Below are positions 50,801 to 64,000 of a stretch of 64,000 nucleotides of DNA, piece after piece. Both the position numbers and the translations under genes were made by a program. The stretch is from assembly GCF_001194135.2 (NCBI RefSeq), contig NC_068988.1:70091085-70155084 (forward strand), given 5' to 3'. Each line of letters starts with the position of its first letter. Position 1 is the stretch's first letter. Below the pieces are notes generated by a model. It searched no databases. It was given only the letters and a program-made list of their open reading frames with translations, and was not told the origin of the DNA. The stretch comes from Octopus bimaculoides. Its lineage: Eukaryota.

Positions 50801-51559
50801 GATTAAGCTGTTCACAAAGCCTGATAGTGCATCTAATATGCATTATTATACATAGATGAAGAGCAGTTATCATCAACACATAATACAAGTATTTATTTTC
50901 AAATTGCTATTCCATGAAAAATTGTTGTAGATCAAGAGTCAACTTTAAAACTAAAGACGTCTTTCTTTTCTAAAGTTTTTCCAAATTATTATTACTAACT
51001 GGCAGTTATAGCACAGTTACATATCGTCAGATTAAAAGGATTTGTTGCTAAGCCTCACGTAAACGTATGTGAACAAAACTATGGCCAAAACCGTTCCACT
51101 CAAGACCAACAGGGTCTTTAAGAATATATTCTATTATAATATTTAATGTGGCCTTCCTTATTTAGCTATGTCTAGTAAGTCGAATCACCAAGCATGATCA
51201 GACTGAAAGGTGTAGGAACCGTAGAAGCAGGTTAGATTGTCAAGACCGAAATAAAATAGATCAGTTAAGCAAGAAATAAATTAAGTACTCATAACACAAG
51301 ACACACTACTGATATCGACTGGGGTCAAAGTTACCAGACGAAGAACATTATGTATGAAAATAACTGGAACAGTGATAAAGATTAATAAAATCTTAATAAA
51401 GATTAAACTTTTAAAAGGTCTTGCCAGAAATAAAAGTACAGAAATAAAATACAGAAATACAATATGTTGATAACATTTTAGAATAAACACTTGTGTGCTG
51501 AGGGTGTAACTGTACACCGTCTCCGAATGTAGGAATTGATGTCTCATTGACCGGTGAAG

Positions 51560-52500
51560 CAGTACTTTCCTCTATGTCATCAGAACTTCCCAGGGCCACC
51601 TATTGATGTAGGTGACGAAATTCTCGCATAACAGCACAAGCTTTGTTGGGTCGGATCTTGCGACTCCGACTTAGACGTTTCTATTATTCTCAATGCTCGT
51701 TCTAGCAGTAGTACTCATCCGCTTTCCTGAGCCAAATGTAACGGTTCACTTTCTCAGAGGCTTCAGACAATATGTTTTCTCTCCTTTGCAATAAGTCCAA
51801 GCCTCCTGAGCATTGAGTGAACGCTGGTTCCAACAACTGCGTTAACACCTATCTCTACCGGAAGTCATATTACCTCCCATACATTGTTTTCACTGAGTTC
51901 AACCAACTCACTGTCTTTCCTGAGGAAAGCGTCTTCGATGTTACCTCTTCCACCTTTACCTTATCTCTTCCCTTGCACCGACAAGGTATTGTTTGGCCGC
52001 AAAACGTGGGAATTAATATTTACCATCGGGATTAACGAAGAGCTCCAAAGTCTCTTCCCGTTTTGAATCAGTTTTCTCTCATAAGGTGGCTGGCTAACAA
52101 CATCACCCTTCCCTACAAAACTCTTTCGTCCCATGCACCACTACACGTGGTCTTTCGCCGTTGTTAAAATTTGCTTTACGCTCTCCGCCAGTGCATTAGC
52201 CAGTAATTTGTTATGCCACCCAAGTGTATCAGGCCAAATGAGAAATTAGAGAGAATGCGCCTCATCATTCCGACATTTTCACATTTACCCACACAACTCC
52301 TATTTTCGCACGCTTTTGCTTTGCAGGACCAGGAAGCATGCCATAGATGGAACGAATCAGAAAACAGATATTGGCTAGCTCCCCTGACCAGTGTTCTTTC
52401 CATCCTAACTTTTGCCTAGCTATAAATTCCTCCCAGGCTGCGCACTGTCCTTGCTGGCTACATTGTACAAACTCCATATTGTGCCTTTTGCCTCTTCATT
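51560..52500 (-). mobile_element. HERO-like RLE LINE 3' half, decayed
   Basis: Minus strand: QCSQQGQCAAWEE…LGWKE…ICFLIRSIYGMLP, a degenerate knuckle, then NIEDAFLRK…LPVEIG…VGTSVHSMLRRLGL. Confidence 0.75.
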
Positions 52501-53864
52501 CTTAATTTGACTGGCTACTGCAGTTCTTTTCTCCTCGTCTATTGCATAGTATGTTTTAAACTCTTTGTTCATTAAGTTTTATCTGGAGTACAGTCATTTC
52601 TTTTATTCCAAAAAAAGAAAATTTTCCTTATAACGAATTTCTTTTGAAATTACTCCTTAAGTCAAACTATAATTTTGTTTTTAAAGTATTCTACATAGAA
52701 TTTACTCTAAAAATCATGTTATAAATAAAATATTTATAAATAATTTCATTTTCAAATTGCTACGTAGTGGGATTAAACCAGGAACCGTGTAGTTGCAGAG
52801 AGATTTTCTAACTGCACCAACCTCTATATCTACCTTTGCCTGATTAACTGTTGCATCTCATTTATTATTTAGGCCATATTAGCTTCTTTTGCACAAGTTC
52901 ACTTATTGAATGATATATCGATCTCGTCCGTTCTATTTCTCATTCGAACTAATTAGAATATAGATTTATTGATTTGCTGGTTGCCCAATTTCCCCCACAA
53001 GAGGTCGCCCTGAAAGAGAAATAGCTATAATAGTCTTTTTTGTGAATTTTTGTTGTCATTTTATTTTATCTATATTTCCTTCTCGATTAACGCGTTACTT
53101 CAAGTGAGCGACATGAACAATTTGTAATGTTAACTGCCAGAGGTAATTACAAACTTATTACGTTAATACATTTATAACATTGCAAAACTGCTTCCCAAAG
53201 GCTAGTCTACCTCTTTAGAGTCAGAAAATGCTTCAGTTCTTAGTAATTGTTGACCTTCTACAAAGCAGAATTGCAACCTACATTAGACTCATAATGTACA
53301 TAAGTGGAACAAAGGTAAAGTTACACACATACACCTTCACTGCAAATATTTAATACCAAATAACCAGTTTAGATTCTGATATGCTACAAACACAGAGGCA
53401 TTGTAGGTTTTCTGTGCTACTTCTTGCTAATAAAATATTTCCATTTCGTATGGCATTCAATATAGCCGTCTTTCCTGCTGTAATCATCATTATTTCGTAT
53501 CTCCTCCAAAATATCATAAAATCTTTTCTCAAACATGCCCCAACTAGGTCCTACGTACAAAGACACAGAGAACTCACTTTGTGACATAATTTTCCAACAT
53601 ACAACACCATAAACTGGATCCTGTAAGCGTTTTATTGACTTGCTAGAAATTACAGCTAAATATCCGTCATATAAAAACTTATGATCTCGAAATATATGCA
53701 AAGGTACACTGGACAATGTAGTCGTAGTTATACAAAGCTACAGGATATTTATAGCTGAACATTTTTTGAATATTCGTCTGCTCGATCAAGACTGACATAT
53801 GTGTAAATAATAAAAACAGAAACAACAATTGCAATCAACAGAATTTTAAGTTTTTATCATTTAA

Positions 53865-54117
53865 TCGTTTCAGTCATTAAACTGCAGCCATGCTGTGAAA
53901 CGTCTTGAAAAATTTTGGCCGAACGAATAATTTTTAAAAGCCTTTTACTTATTCTATTGGGTTCTTTTACTAAACTGCTAAGTTACAAAACCGAAACACA
54001 CCAACAACGGTTGTCAAATTTTGGTCACATATACACGCGCACGCACGCGCGTATACGCGTGTGCACACCCACACACCCACACACGCATATGCGCCTACAC
54101 ACATACACGCGTTCACA

Positions 54118-54182
<65 letters not shown>

Positions 54183-54200
54183 TATGGGTTTCTTTCAGTT
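53865..54200 (-). mobile_element. SINE family A, tail and body
   Basis: TTTCAGTCATTAAACTGCAGCCATGCTG…CTGCTAAGTTAC…(CA/TA)n…GGGTTTCTTTCAGTTT. Confidence 0.75.
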
Positions 54201-54449
54201 TTTGAGGTGAAGAGAAAATATTAACATTATTTCTGCAAGAAAAGCCGACTTCTCTGAGTATATTTCAGGCTTATAAGACCGCTTTAGAGAAATATATTCT
54301 TCCCTACCGAAGTAGTGGTAAGAAAATCAGTAACATTAAAGTATTGTAATAAAAACTGGCATATTCTAGAGAAAGAAAGCATGAAGGTTAACTGTTCTGA
54401 GACAGAAGACAAAACTAAGGAGACAATAATTTAAGAACGCTATACAATT

Positions 54450-54659
54450 GTAGACTGCGAGGTAAGAAGCTTGCTTATCAAACACATGGTTCCGTGTTCA
54501 GTCCCACTGCGTGGCACATTAAGACAAGTATCTTCTACTATAGTTTCGGGCTGACAAAAGCCTTGTGAGTGGGTAGACGGAAACTGAAAGAAGCCCGTCG
54601 TATATATGCGTGTATGTGTGTATGCGTTCGTGTGCGTGTGTATGTGTATGTGTATGTGT

Positions 54660-54691
<32 letters not shown>

Positions 54692-54900
54692 ATCTATGAG
54701 TGTTTGTAATTGTCTCCCACCACGACTTGACAACCTGTGTTGGTGTGTTTATATCCCCGTATTCTAGCGGTTCGGCAAAAGAGACCAATAAAATAGGTAC
54801 TAGGCTTTCAAAAAAAATCCTGGGTTCGATTTGTACGACTAAATCCCTTCAAGACAGCACCCCAGCATGGCCACAATCAAATGACTGGAACAAGTAAAGA
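54450..54900 (+). mobile_element. SINE family A, near full length
   Basis: GGTAAGAAGCTTGCTT…GTTCAGTCCCACTGCGTGGCAC…GGAAACTGAAAGAAGCCCGTCG (TG)n…CAAATGACTGGAACAAGTAAA. Confidence 0.9.
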
Positions 54901-55465
54901 AAATCCTTTTTGGTATTAAAAAACCGAAGCAACACAAGAAACTGGATTACTCTGTATATAGTGTTCTAAATATTCTGTAATATATAATATAATACGTTTT
55001 CTTTTCAAACTAGATACCCTGTCCAATTCCACTTGTCCTATTTTAGTTTGCAAATATAATGCTTAACACTATTTAGCAACTTCGTATTTTTGCAGTAAAA
55101 TTATCTCTCATCCATACTTGGAATTAACATAGGATAACTTATGCTAAAGAGCTAGCCAGAGAAACATTTGATAATCCTTTGTACTAATCTGATAGAAATG
55201 AGAGAGATTATTGAATAAATTCTGACTGATTGCCCGATAAAAAAGAAATTCGTCAGCAAGTTTGTTGGTTGATTGTTCATTTGCAATGCAATACTTAACT
55301 CTTTGTATCAGAAGACGCTCGTGACTATGTGCGTATGGTTAAATCGAGGATGATTTGGTACACCATGTTTTCGTTAATAGTTTCAGGTACTGCTAAACAG
55401 ACAGACACTCTATCCAGTGGTGTTTGAAAGCTAAAAACAAAGAGCGTTGTAGCACACAAAGCTGA

Positions 55466-55525
55466 TATTTAATTTATCAATCCCGAATGTATGAAAAGCT
55501 AGGCTATCTTCGATGGAATTTGATC

Positions 55526-55530
<5 letters not shown>
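55466..55530 (-). mobile_element. SINE family B fragment
   Basis: TTTAATTTATCAATCCCGAA…GAAAAGC…GGAATTTGA matches 1-60. Confidence 0.6.
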
Positions 55531-55558
<28 letters not shown>

Positions 55559-55689
55559 TGTTCGTTTGATAAAGAGAAACCCTTAGGGGGAAAAGGTCGC
55601 ACATCACCTGCACCAAAACAAATGTACTGCGCAGTACTTCCTACAGTCAGCTCTATCCAGATGCCGTCATAAGGGCTGCAGCTGAGTAA

Positions 55690-57060
55690 CAAATGTTTAT
55701 ATGCATTGCACAAAAAAAATGTATACATCAATTTCAGAGTCGCTGTCATCCTCACCAACATACAAGACCACCACAGCCAATGAACCAACCCACACTGTCC
55801 ACTACTGGCATTAGCAGAGATGCCACCTCAATATTCTTTCCAAACATTAGAAGACTGTTACAACTCAGTAACAGAACTAAAATCACCTTCCTGAGAGACA
55901 TCGTGGCATGCAATTGAACCTCATGCGTAGCACTTACTGAAACGCACTCAAAACCCGGCATCGCAGATGCAGAAGTACACGTACCAAAGTATGTTATATT
56001 ACAAAGCGACAGAAAATATAAGAGTCTGGGTAGAGTTGCAATGTACATCCGTGAAGGTCTCACGTCCCAGGTCCTTTTTGCCATACGCAAACTCGGTGCT
56101 TTACTTATTGCCCATCAAATACTGCAAATTACAGTGGCCTACTTAAAGACTGCCTTGCTAAAATAGAAGTCCTAAACAAAATAGAACAACACACCAGTGA
56201 ACTTTTCATGGGAGACTTCATCTTGCTCAACGTAGGATGACACGAGAGCATCTTTCTCTCAGAAATGACGTTGTGTGAACAAAGACAGGTGGAATCCCTA
56301 CTCAACGTCAACAATACGTTGTACTCTTAGATGGAGCAAGTAGTACCTCAAATAAACAGAACAAACAATATACTTGATTTCTATTTTAGAGACATTACGG
56401 ATCTCATCCACAATGTGAAAGTGACACCGTCTCTAGTCTCGAATCACAATATAATAGAGCTGACCATGTGTGGAGTAAAGTGACCCATAGACATGCAGCC
56501 AATTAGAAGCACCCAATCGAAATCTATTTAATATGAACTATCATAAATCAGACTGGAAATCAATTGAGAAAGAGATCATAAACAGGATTGGCCTCAATGT
56601 CTCTCTACACCTGACATCGACATGAAACTCAAAGAATTCATGTCCGTAATGAAAAGAATATGCTATAATATCATCCCAGAGACAAAGGTCACTGTACAAT
56701 TACCAGAGAGAGGAAAGTTCTTAATAGATGTACAACATTGCAAACCACCTAAACAGAGAACTCAATGGCGGTGAAAAATCTCGCCTGGAAACAGTACTGC
56801 TGGACATTGGCAAATATCTGAAACGCTCCCAAGAAAGTGCAGACGAAGCTGTGTATGCTATCGTAAATATATAATCAAACCTTAAAAACTTCTTTAAGTA
56901 TGCCAGAGAAACTTCCACCGTGCATTGCAGAGTAAAGCCACTCTTCCATAAAGATAGCTCTCTTATAGGAAACCTAAGGTCGATAAACGAATCACTGAAC
57001 GAACAATCCAAAAGTGTTTTCACCCTACGTTTATGACATATGCAAGCGAGAATAAATCTC
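55690..57060 (+). mobile_element. CR1-group LINE fragment (APE endonuclease and linker)
   Basis: LSNRTKITFLRD…CVALTETH…AEVHVPKYVILQSDR…AMYIRE, FMGDFI, and NLKNFFKYARE. Paralogous to 17640-18900. Confidence 0.85.
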
Positions 57061-57411
57061 ACACATCCTATGAAGTGAATGGACTATAAGAATATTATTA
57101 CGTATTTCCATACATTATGGCATGTATTAAATACCTTTGTATGGATAGCGTAACATTATATGAAATAATAAATGATATCGTCCGTTCATGGAAAGATTTG
57201 TAATGGCAATTTGACTTCACCTTTTTCTGATTTAAAATTTTAATTTTATTATTCTTTCTGCGGAGTTTATATTAAGCCTATTGGATCTTATCTTGGAGTT
57301 ATGTGGTGCTTCTTTTGGTATAAATCGAAGTCTTACGGAACTCCTTTTCATTCTGGAATACTACACTAGCCACAATAATGCAAAATATAATCATGAGGCG
57401 GTAGCCAAGGC

Positions 57412-57540
57412 ATGTATGTATGTGTGTATGTATGTATGTATGTATGCATGTATCTATGCATGTATGTATGTATGCATGTATATATGTATGCATGTATGTA
57501 TGTATGCATGCATGCATAAGTACATACATACATACACGCA
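57412..57540. repeat. (TATG)n / (CATA)n microsatellite
   Basis: Direct reading. Confidence 0.95.
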
Positions 57541-57778
57541 TATCCCCAATTCATATTTCTCTTATTACCCGGCGTACACTTTATTGTGATGATAGTATAT
57601 TCATAAGATTAGCCACAAGTCAATTGATAAAGAACCCGTGAGGTAGGGAGGTGAAGGTAGATGGCTGGGTAAATGTCTTCGATTTTGGTCATTACAGTCA
57701 TTACAAGCAGCTATCTGAATATGGTGATATTCTCTCAGAGAACTTATATCCACGCACGTATATGTTTATATACATATA

Positions 57779-58667
57779 CGTGGTCTCGTCAATAAGTATC
57801 CGGACCGTTTTGGGAGTAACGAAGCTAAAGCACTAATAGTATATCCGCTTTGCAAAGATTGACTGAGCATAAACTCTGTTGAGCATACACACCAAGTTTT
57901 AACGTTCTCGCTCACTTCCGCTGTTTACAACAGTGCTTAGAATGAAGGTGTGTAGCATGTGATCGTCGCATTGACCATGACAGAGAAAGTTGAACAGAGA
58001 ATCGGCATCAAATTTTGCCAAAAGCTTGGCGATACCTGTTGAGATACCTACGCAAAGTTTTCAAAACGTTTTCGTCATTCTCGACACAATCAAGGAGATC
58101 TTGTGTAGCTGAAATCTGAATGTCTTCTTGGTCAGCTGAATGCAGTTTTGGCACAAACTTGCCAGAGACGCGTCGCATACCCAAATCTTGAGTGATTATG
58201 AACTGAACTGTAACTAATCACCACATTCTCTGACAACTCACGGATGGTGATTCAACGATTACAGATGTACGCACATATGCGGTGTTATTTTCAGTTCTGC
58301 TGAATGCAGGTCTCCCAGAACTTTCGTCAATATCAACATTTTTTCGGCCATTTTGGAAACATCAGAACCACTCGTACACTTGTGTGCGGCTCATACATTC
58401 ATCTCCATACACCTTCTGAAATTTTGCGTAGGTCTTTGATCAGGTATCGCCATGACAACTTTCGTTGACATGGTCAATGCAACGATCACCCGCTACACAC
58501 CTTCCTTCCACAAGCACTGATGTAAACAGCGGACGTAAGCTAGAATGTTAAAACTTAGTGCACATTCACAGCAGAGTTCAAGGTGAATCGCTGCCAAGCG
58601 GCTTTACTCTGCGTACTTTAACTTTGTTATTATAACACCAGTTCGGATACTTATTCATTCAACCTCG
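57779..58667. mobile_element. Mariner-derived fold-back element made of two inverted 5' halves
   Basis: Left arm 57779-58056 (+): MTEKVEQRIGIKFCQKLGDT. Right arm 58667-58057 (-): same promoter and ATG region, extending to …VYEWF…LGMRRVSGKFVPKL…CVENDEN. TA on both flanks. Confidence 0.8.
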
Positions 58668-58984
58668 TACTTATATATCTCGACTCACATGCATACATAT
58701 ATATACACGCTCTTCAAGATCTGTGCATATGTGTGTTTCTGTTTAAAGTGAGAAAGAAAGAAAGAAAAAAAGAAAGAAAGAAAGAAAGAAAATTAAAGAG
58801 TTACCTAAGTATGAATACAACCCCGTTTCTGATTTCTTTTCATTATTCTATGTTAATGGGTATGACCAAAAACTTTAGTCCATTTCTTTGGCATATTTTT
58901 CATTGCACGCTCTTTTTATTGTTATTGTGACGTTCGATTTTCTATGCTGTCCACCACCTTTTCTTTTTCTTGTACACATCAAAT

Positions 58985-58987
<3 letters not shown>

Positions 58988-59047
<60 letters not shown>
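58988..59047. repeat. (CT)n microsatellite
   Basis: Direct reading. Confidence 0.95.
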
Positions 59048-59048
<1 letters not shown>

Positions 59049-61373
59049 CTAATCTTGTAATCTTCCTCGTATAACTGCACATTTGTACATACGTATGTGC
59101 GAGCGCGTGTATANNNNNNNNNNNNNNNNNNNNNNNNNNNNNNNNNNNNNNNNNNNNNNNNNNNNNNNNNNNNNNNNNNNNNNNNNNNNNNNNNNNNNNN
59201 NNNNNNNNNNNNNNNNNNNNNNNNNNNNNNNNNNNNNNNNNNNNNNNNNNNNNNNNNNNNNNNNNNNNNNNNNNNCGTGTGTGTGTGAATATAAAGTATA
59301 TAAGTAGATATATAGAAAGAGAAGGAGAAACTTACCTAAATTTCAAAAAGCAACCTTTTGTTTAACTTATCTATTTAATGGACCGTTATAAAATATCAGT
59401 TGCTAGAAGTTTTCTTATAATAATCTTGGGATAAAAACTATAAATAACATACCATAGAATCTCCTTTCAGATTCATTTCTCTTCACATAATGTAATTCGG
59501 AAAAGCATGAAGCAGAAACTTGCCAACAACCCATTTCCATAAATATTTCAGTGATGCTAGTACTTTTATATTGTTTTAAAATTGTTTGTTTTGCTTTCCT
59601 TGTCTCGTTCCTTACAACATTGTCATTTGTTTTGTTTTCTCTCTTCAATACTTTTTACTATCGCACCTTTTAGGATTTCCCAAATTTATGTGCTAACCTT
59701 TCATTTATGTTTAATCACGTTCCGTAATTTTAAGGTTTGTCAATATTTTCCAGTTTTTGATAGTTATGTTTTATTTTTTGGTTTGGTTTTCTCACGATCC
59801 TTTATTTATCCTTTCTTTTTTTATTATTTTATGTATTTTATATAATGTGAGTGAGTAGTGACTTCATACTTTGCCCTTTTTCTCCGTTCATTGTTTCTTG
59901 CAGTTCTTTTGAATATATTTCTGTAGTTGTTTCTATTTAGTGTATTTACTTGTTTAGTCCTATGAAGCCTTTCCTTTAGTCTTTCAAAAGTGTTCAGCAT
60001 TATAATAAACTTTTCAAATGGTTCGATCAATTCATTTCATTTGATACTTATCAATGTTTTCAGTCTGTTATATTAATTTTCGATACTTTAATATTTCCTA
60101 TATTTTATGTTTTTAATTTTATGGGAAATAATCTAGTAAATTATGCTTAAACAGTGATAATGTCTTCCTATATATTTTAAGACTTAATGATAGAAAAAAA
60201 CTTTTTTCTCCAGTATGTTATTTAGTCTTAGGTCATGCCTGCTTGGGGAGATCTATCGCTAAAGACGTCTGGGTGAGAGAATTAGCACTGAAATCCTTTT
60301 TTAACGAAATATATTTCTTTTCCATTTGCTACTATATTTTCATCTTTAATGCGAAAACCTTTCTAAGAAATTGACATAGTAAAAAAAGATGAGACTGAAG
60401 CTAAAAATTCCACGCTAACGCGAATAGTCGATTGGTTATATTTAAAAAAAAGACCGGGATAACAAAAGACTGAGAAGATATCTAGGTAAGAAGAGAGAGA
60501 AATAGGTTGTAAGTTTAAATCATAGACACAGGAAAGACTCCGTATAGGTAAGAAAGTGAGAAATAAGCTGTAAACCTACACTATTGATTAGGAAAGAAAG
60601 ATTCCATGTATACTTATATACAGGAAATTAGAGAAATATGCTATGAATCTATTTCAGATGTGTAGATGGGCTCCGTATATCATATATATATGTATAAAAT
60701 GGAATAAACATTGACTGCAAACCTGCAACCTGAAGCACACCGATGGCAAAAAAATACTTTGTGTATCAAATTAAAAAATGTTAGGGGTACTCTTAAAGGA
60801 GGTAAAGAAAAAGTGGAAAAATGACTTATTATTACAATATTAGGCAAGAAATCGAAATTAACCACACAATACGAAGTGACGGGAATGTCAGTAAAACCCA
60901 TCATTGATTGAAGAAAACTGAAAAATTTCTAACACGAACTAAAATAAGTGAAAACATTTAAAAGCAAGAAATTAAGGGTTAGCAATAAAGATTTAAAAAG
61001 AAGCAGATTTAAAAGATTCGAATTCTTTCAAAAAGGACATTATTCAGAAAAAAATGAATGAAAGCAATCGGAAACCTCAGAAAGGCAATTTTCAAATTGC
61101 CGAGAAAATAAGAATTTCTTATAAATTGTAAGAAATAAAAAGTAAACGTGGACAAAATAAAAATAGACCAAATTACAAGGAAGAAAATAAGATAAGTTTA
61201 AAATAAGTATATAATAAAAATATACGCATAACAATAGAAATGGCAAACTAATACAATCAGGCAGGAGAGAAGAAATGTGCAATCCAGTAGATAATGTTAA
61301 AAAAGACTGAAAATGGTGCAAAGTAATGTTAGACTTCAGAAGGATTGAAAACGAGATCAATAAAGATTTTCAA

Positions 61374-61374
<1 letters not shown>

Positions 61375-61421
<47 letters not shown>

Positions 61422-61605
61422 GTATTTCTGTCTGTCTGTCTGTATGTATGTATATATATATATGTGTGTGTGTCTGTGTGTGTGTGTGCGTGTGAGTGTG
61501 TGTGTACATACATACACATATATATATATATACACACATATACATTCATATATATATGTATATAGATATGAATGTATGTGTGTATGCATGTATATTTATA
61601 TTTAA
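61375..61605. repeat. Compound (TA)/(CA)/(TG) microsatellite
   Basis: Direct reading. Confidence 0.9.
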
Positions 61606-62290
61606 GTACATATATAAGCAGTAGCCATCAGGCATATTTAACTTTTTCTAGCTACACGTGCAATCAAAAATTCACAATCCGTTGATATAATCACTTCTTT
61701 CGTTTACATTTCCTTTATTTTTCTGGAAACAATAGATCTGTATCCTCGGCATACTAACATACAAATAGATCTATGATAAATGTATGCATAAATGAATTTA
61801 TATAAGTATCTGTACGTGCGCACGCGCGCACACACACACACACACACGCACACACATACACACACACACATCAATACGACCTGCATACATATGAATGTAA
61901 ATGAAATTGTAAAATGAATTGTTAAATAAAGTACATATAATCACTTTATTCTTTCCATTTATTTATTATTTTATATATTCTTTTATCAACTTTTATCTTT
62001 CCACTGTCGGGATTTTCTCTCTTTCTCAAGTAAAGCGAAATGGTGTAGATAATGACTTGTATACAGCTATATACGGATGTAAACTTTAATGGAAGTCGCC
62101 ATTTTCTGGCTTTTTGTAATATATATTATTGAATTTACGTCTTAAATTTGTTTCACGGCTTTTCCTTAACAACTGCAAATAACAACGATAGGAAAATGAA
62201 AAATCTGGCACAAATTCATAGAACCTCTAAATGAAAGTGATGTAGCAAGATAGAGGGGGGGAGAAATAAAGGGAGAGGGAGAGAGAGAAC

Positions 62291-62513
62291 TTATTTATTC
62301 GAGATATCCATGTTTTTGTTGGGTATTTTGGCACGGGTAATTTCAGAGGTTCCGACCGGAATCGATACCAGGGTCCTAGATTTAATACCGTGTGACATTA
62401 TGACCTCAATATAACCATAGATTTTATCAATAATAATTTCCGACAAAGGCATAATATCCAAAATTGGAACGGAACGTGTCATATTCGTTTGAATCTCACA
62501 CTGCATTTGAAAT
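62291..62513 (-). CDS. Candidate exon (FQMQCEIQTNMTRSVPILDIMPLSEIIIDKIYGYIEVIMSHG…DISNK*)
   Basis: Strong acceptor TTTACTTTCGTTCTTTCATCCACAG. Only one frame is open, for about 73 codons. No recognised homology. Confidence 0.3.
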
Positions 62514-64000
62514 CTGTGGATGAAAGAACGAAAGTAAATGCAGTAAAGATCCAAAGGGATAACTTCTACAGGACATAATAGCTAAATCCCATCAACAGAC
62601 TGATTTCGAAAACGAAGCACACTTAATGTGTCAAAGGTGTATCGAAACTGCTTTGTTGATCCTATAGCTCTGATATAAATATAAACAAACTCACATAGCT
62701 ATTTCTAAGCATAATACCCACTTCAACATTGCTTAATCCATGTGTGTAGAATTAGATTTGAATACAGCTATATCATATCATAATACTGCAACAACAGAAT
62801 TATTGGAACGAAAATGTATCATTCTTTGTGGGTGGGAGGAGCTCACCTAGTACGAAACTAAATGAATATATAGAAAAAACCACAGATTAAATACACTCGA
62901 TAATAAATTTGTTCAATAAGTGATGAAGTGAAAGTAATATACAAGTTGCTTTAAGCCATCGTCTCTTATAATATAGTTCCCAACAGTTTACAAGTTGCTG
63001 CTTTGTTTACCAATAATGATTTGTTATATGATATAGTACTGTTTCTGCGTGAGGAAATAAAGACGTTTGACGTTCTCAATAAAGAATGAACATACACAAC
63101 CGATAAGTAGAGAATAAACTTCTTACAAATTAGGAATTCATAATTTACTACCAATAGAGTGTTATATTTATACGAAAGGTTATTTAATAACAACATAATC
63201 AAATTAATTATGATTAAATATCAATCACAAATATTGTTAGCAGCTGCTACCTTCTCCATTCTCAGTCTTCTCTGTATTAAAGAAGCTCGTTGTGAAAGAA
63301 TAAAGTCTGTATTTCAGATTATCATAACGCAAACAGCTCTCAAAACTGAACTCGAAAACGAATAATAAATAAGTATAATTACCAAATATACGTCATTATA
63401 GCCATTTCCGAACTAAAATAAAACTACATTTTGATTTTCTTATATCCTAAGTAATGAAAGCAATGATTACAGCATCTGTAGCCTCTCGCAGTGTTGGGCA
63501 ACTACTGCGATTGACACTCAGCTTAAACCTCTGGATATTGATGCAAGTAAAAAATAAAAGTAAAAAAAAAAAATTAAACATCGTAATAAGCTAGAGGGTT
63601 GCCATTATTAGCATTGGAAATCGGTCATACTGTTTAATATGAAGTTTGAGAAATTGAGAGACAGAAAAGATGAAGCGAAAGAAAAAGGTGAGACTAACTG
63701 AGTTAAGGACGGCGCATATTTACTTTTCCCCAAACAGAGAGCGCTGTACTAAAATTAGAATATACAGAGTAGTATCTAACAATAGAATGTGCTAATATTT
63801 GTGTGTTCCAACACAAGACCAAGATGCGCAGAAAAAGGTGGCATACATGTAAGTAAAGTGTAAGGGTAAAGGGAACACACCTATATAAGCATACACACGT
63901 ACATTTATACATATATGTATATACACATAAATAAACATACACATATTTACATACATATTCCTCTATATACATCTATATATATATATATATATATATATAT

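Noticed and set aside
53417-53716. 99-aa ORF with KR sites and a GYxxVIxSxxIK resemblance to the 62291 exon
   Set aside because: No ATG or convincing acceptor. ORFs of about 100 codons and a 7/12 peptide match are expected by chance at this scale. It contains a good donor (CAAA|GTGAGT), so only RNA-seq could rescue it.
59415-60030. Basic K/R/N-rich ORFs suggestive of a DNA-binding protein
   Set aside because: Explained by the A-rich strand skew; fragmented across frames with no bHLH or homeodomain consensus.

Overview
This is an AT-rich, repeat-dominated eukaryotic scaffold with nine N gaps, most of them next to microsatellites. The two abundant tRNA-type SINE families (here called A and B) match my recollection of octopus (coleoid cephalopod) SINEs; that assignment is inference, not a database result. 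Nearly all recognisable coding sequence is decayed transposon. Retroelement remnants: a Tx1/L1 reverse transcriptase (RT), two R4-like and three HERO-like restriction-like-endonuclease (RLE) LINE pieces, two CR1-group LINEs, an RTE LINE and a Ty3/Gypsy gag-pol. DNA transposon remnants: a Tc1 with long TIRs, two mariner-type elements, a Chapaev3-like transposase, a Helentron-type HINE with a nested MITE, and a possible KolX/P2X7-ballast-like first exon. I could not name any host gene; several orphan candidate exons exist, the best at 9048-9376 on the minus strand. The most notable observations are a minimal type I hammerhead ribozyme motif (40889-40930), R4-like LINE ends embedded in (CATA)n, one SINE body carrying three different 3' tails (one shared with a probable Tx1 LINE end), a fold-back mariner built from two 5' halves, and an RT fragment fused in frame to an unknown ORF. 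There is no CRISPR array, rRNA or intact tRNA. Most short ORFs in the track are microsatellite or chance ORFs. Boundaries of decayed elements are approximate.
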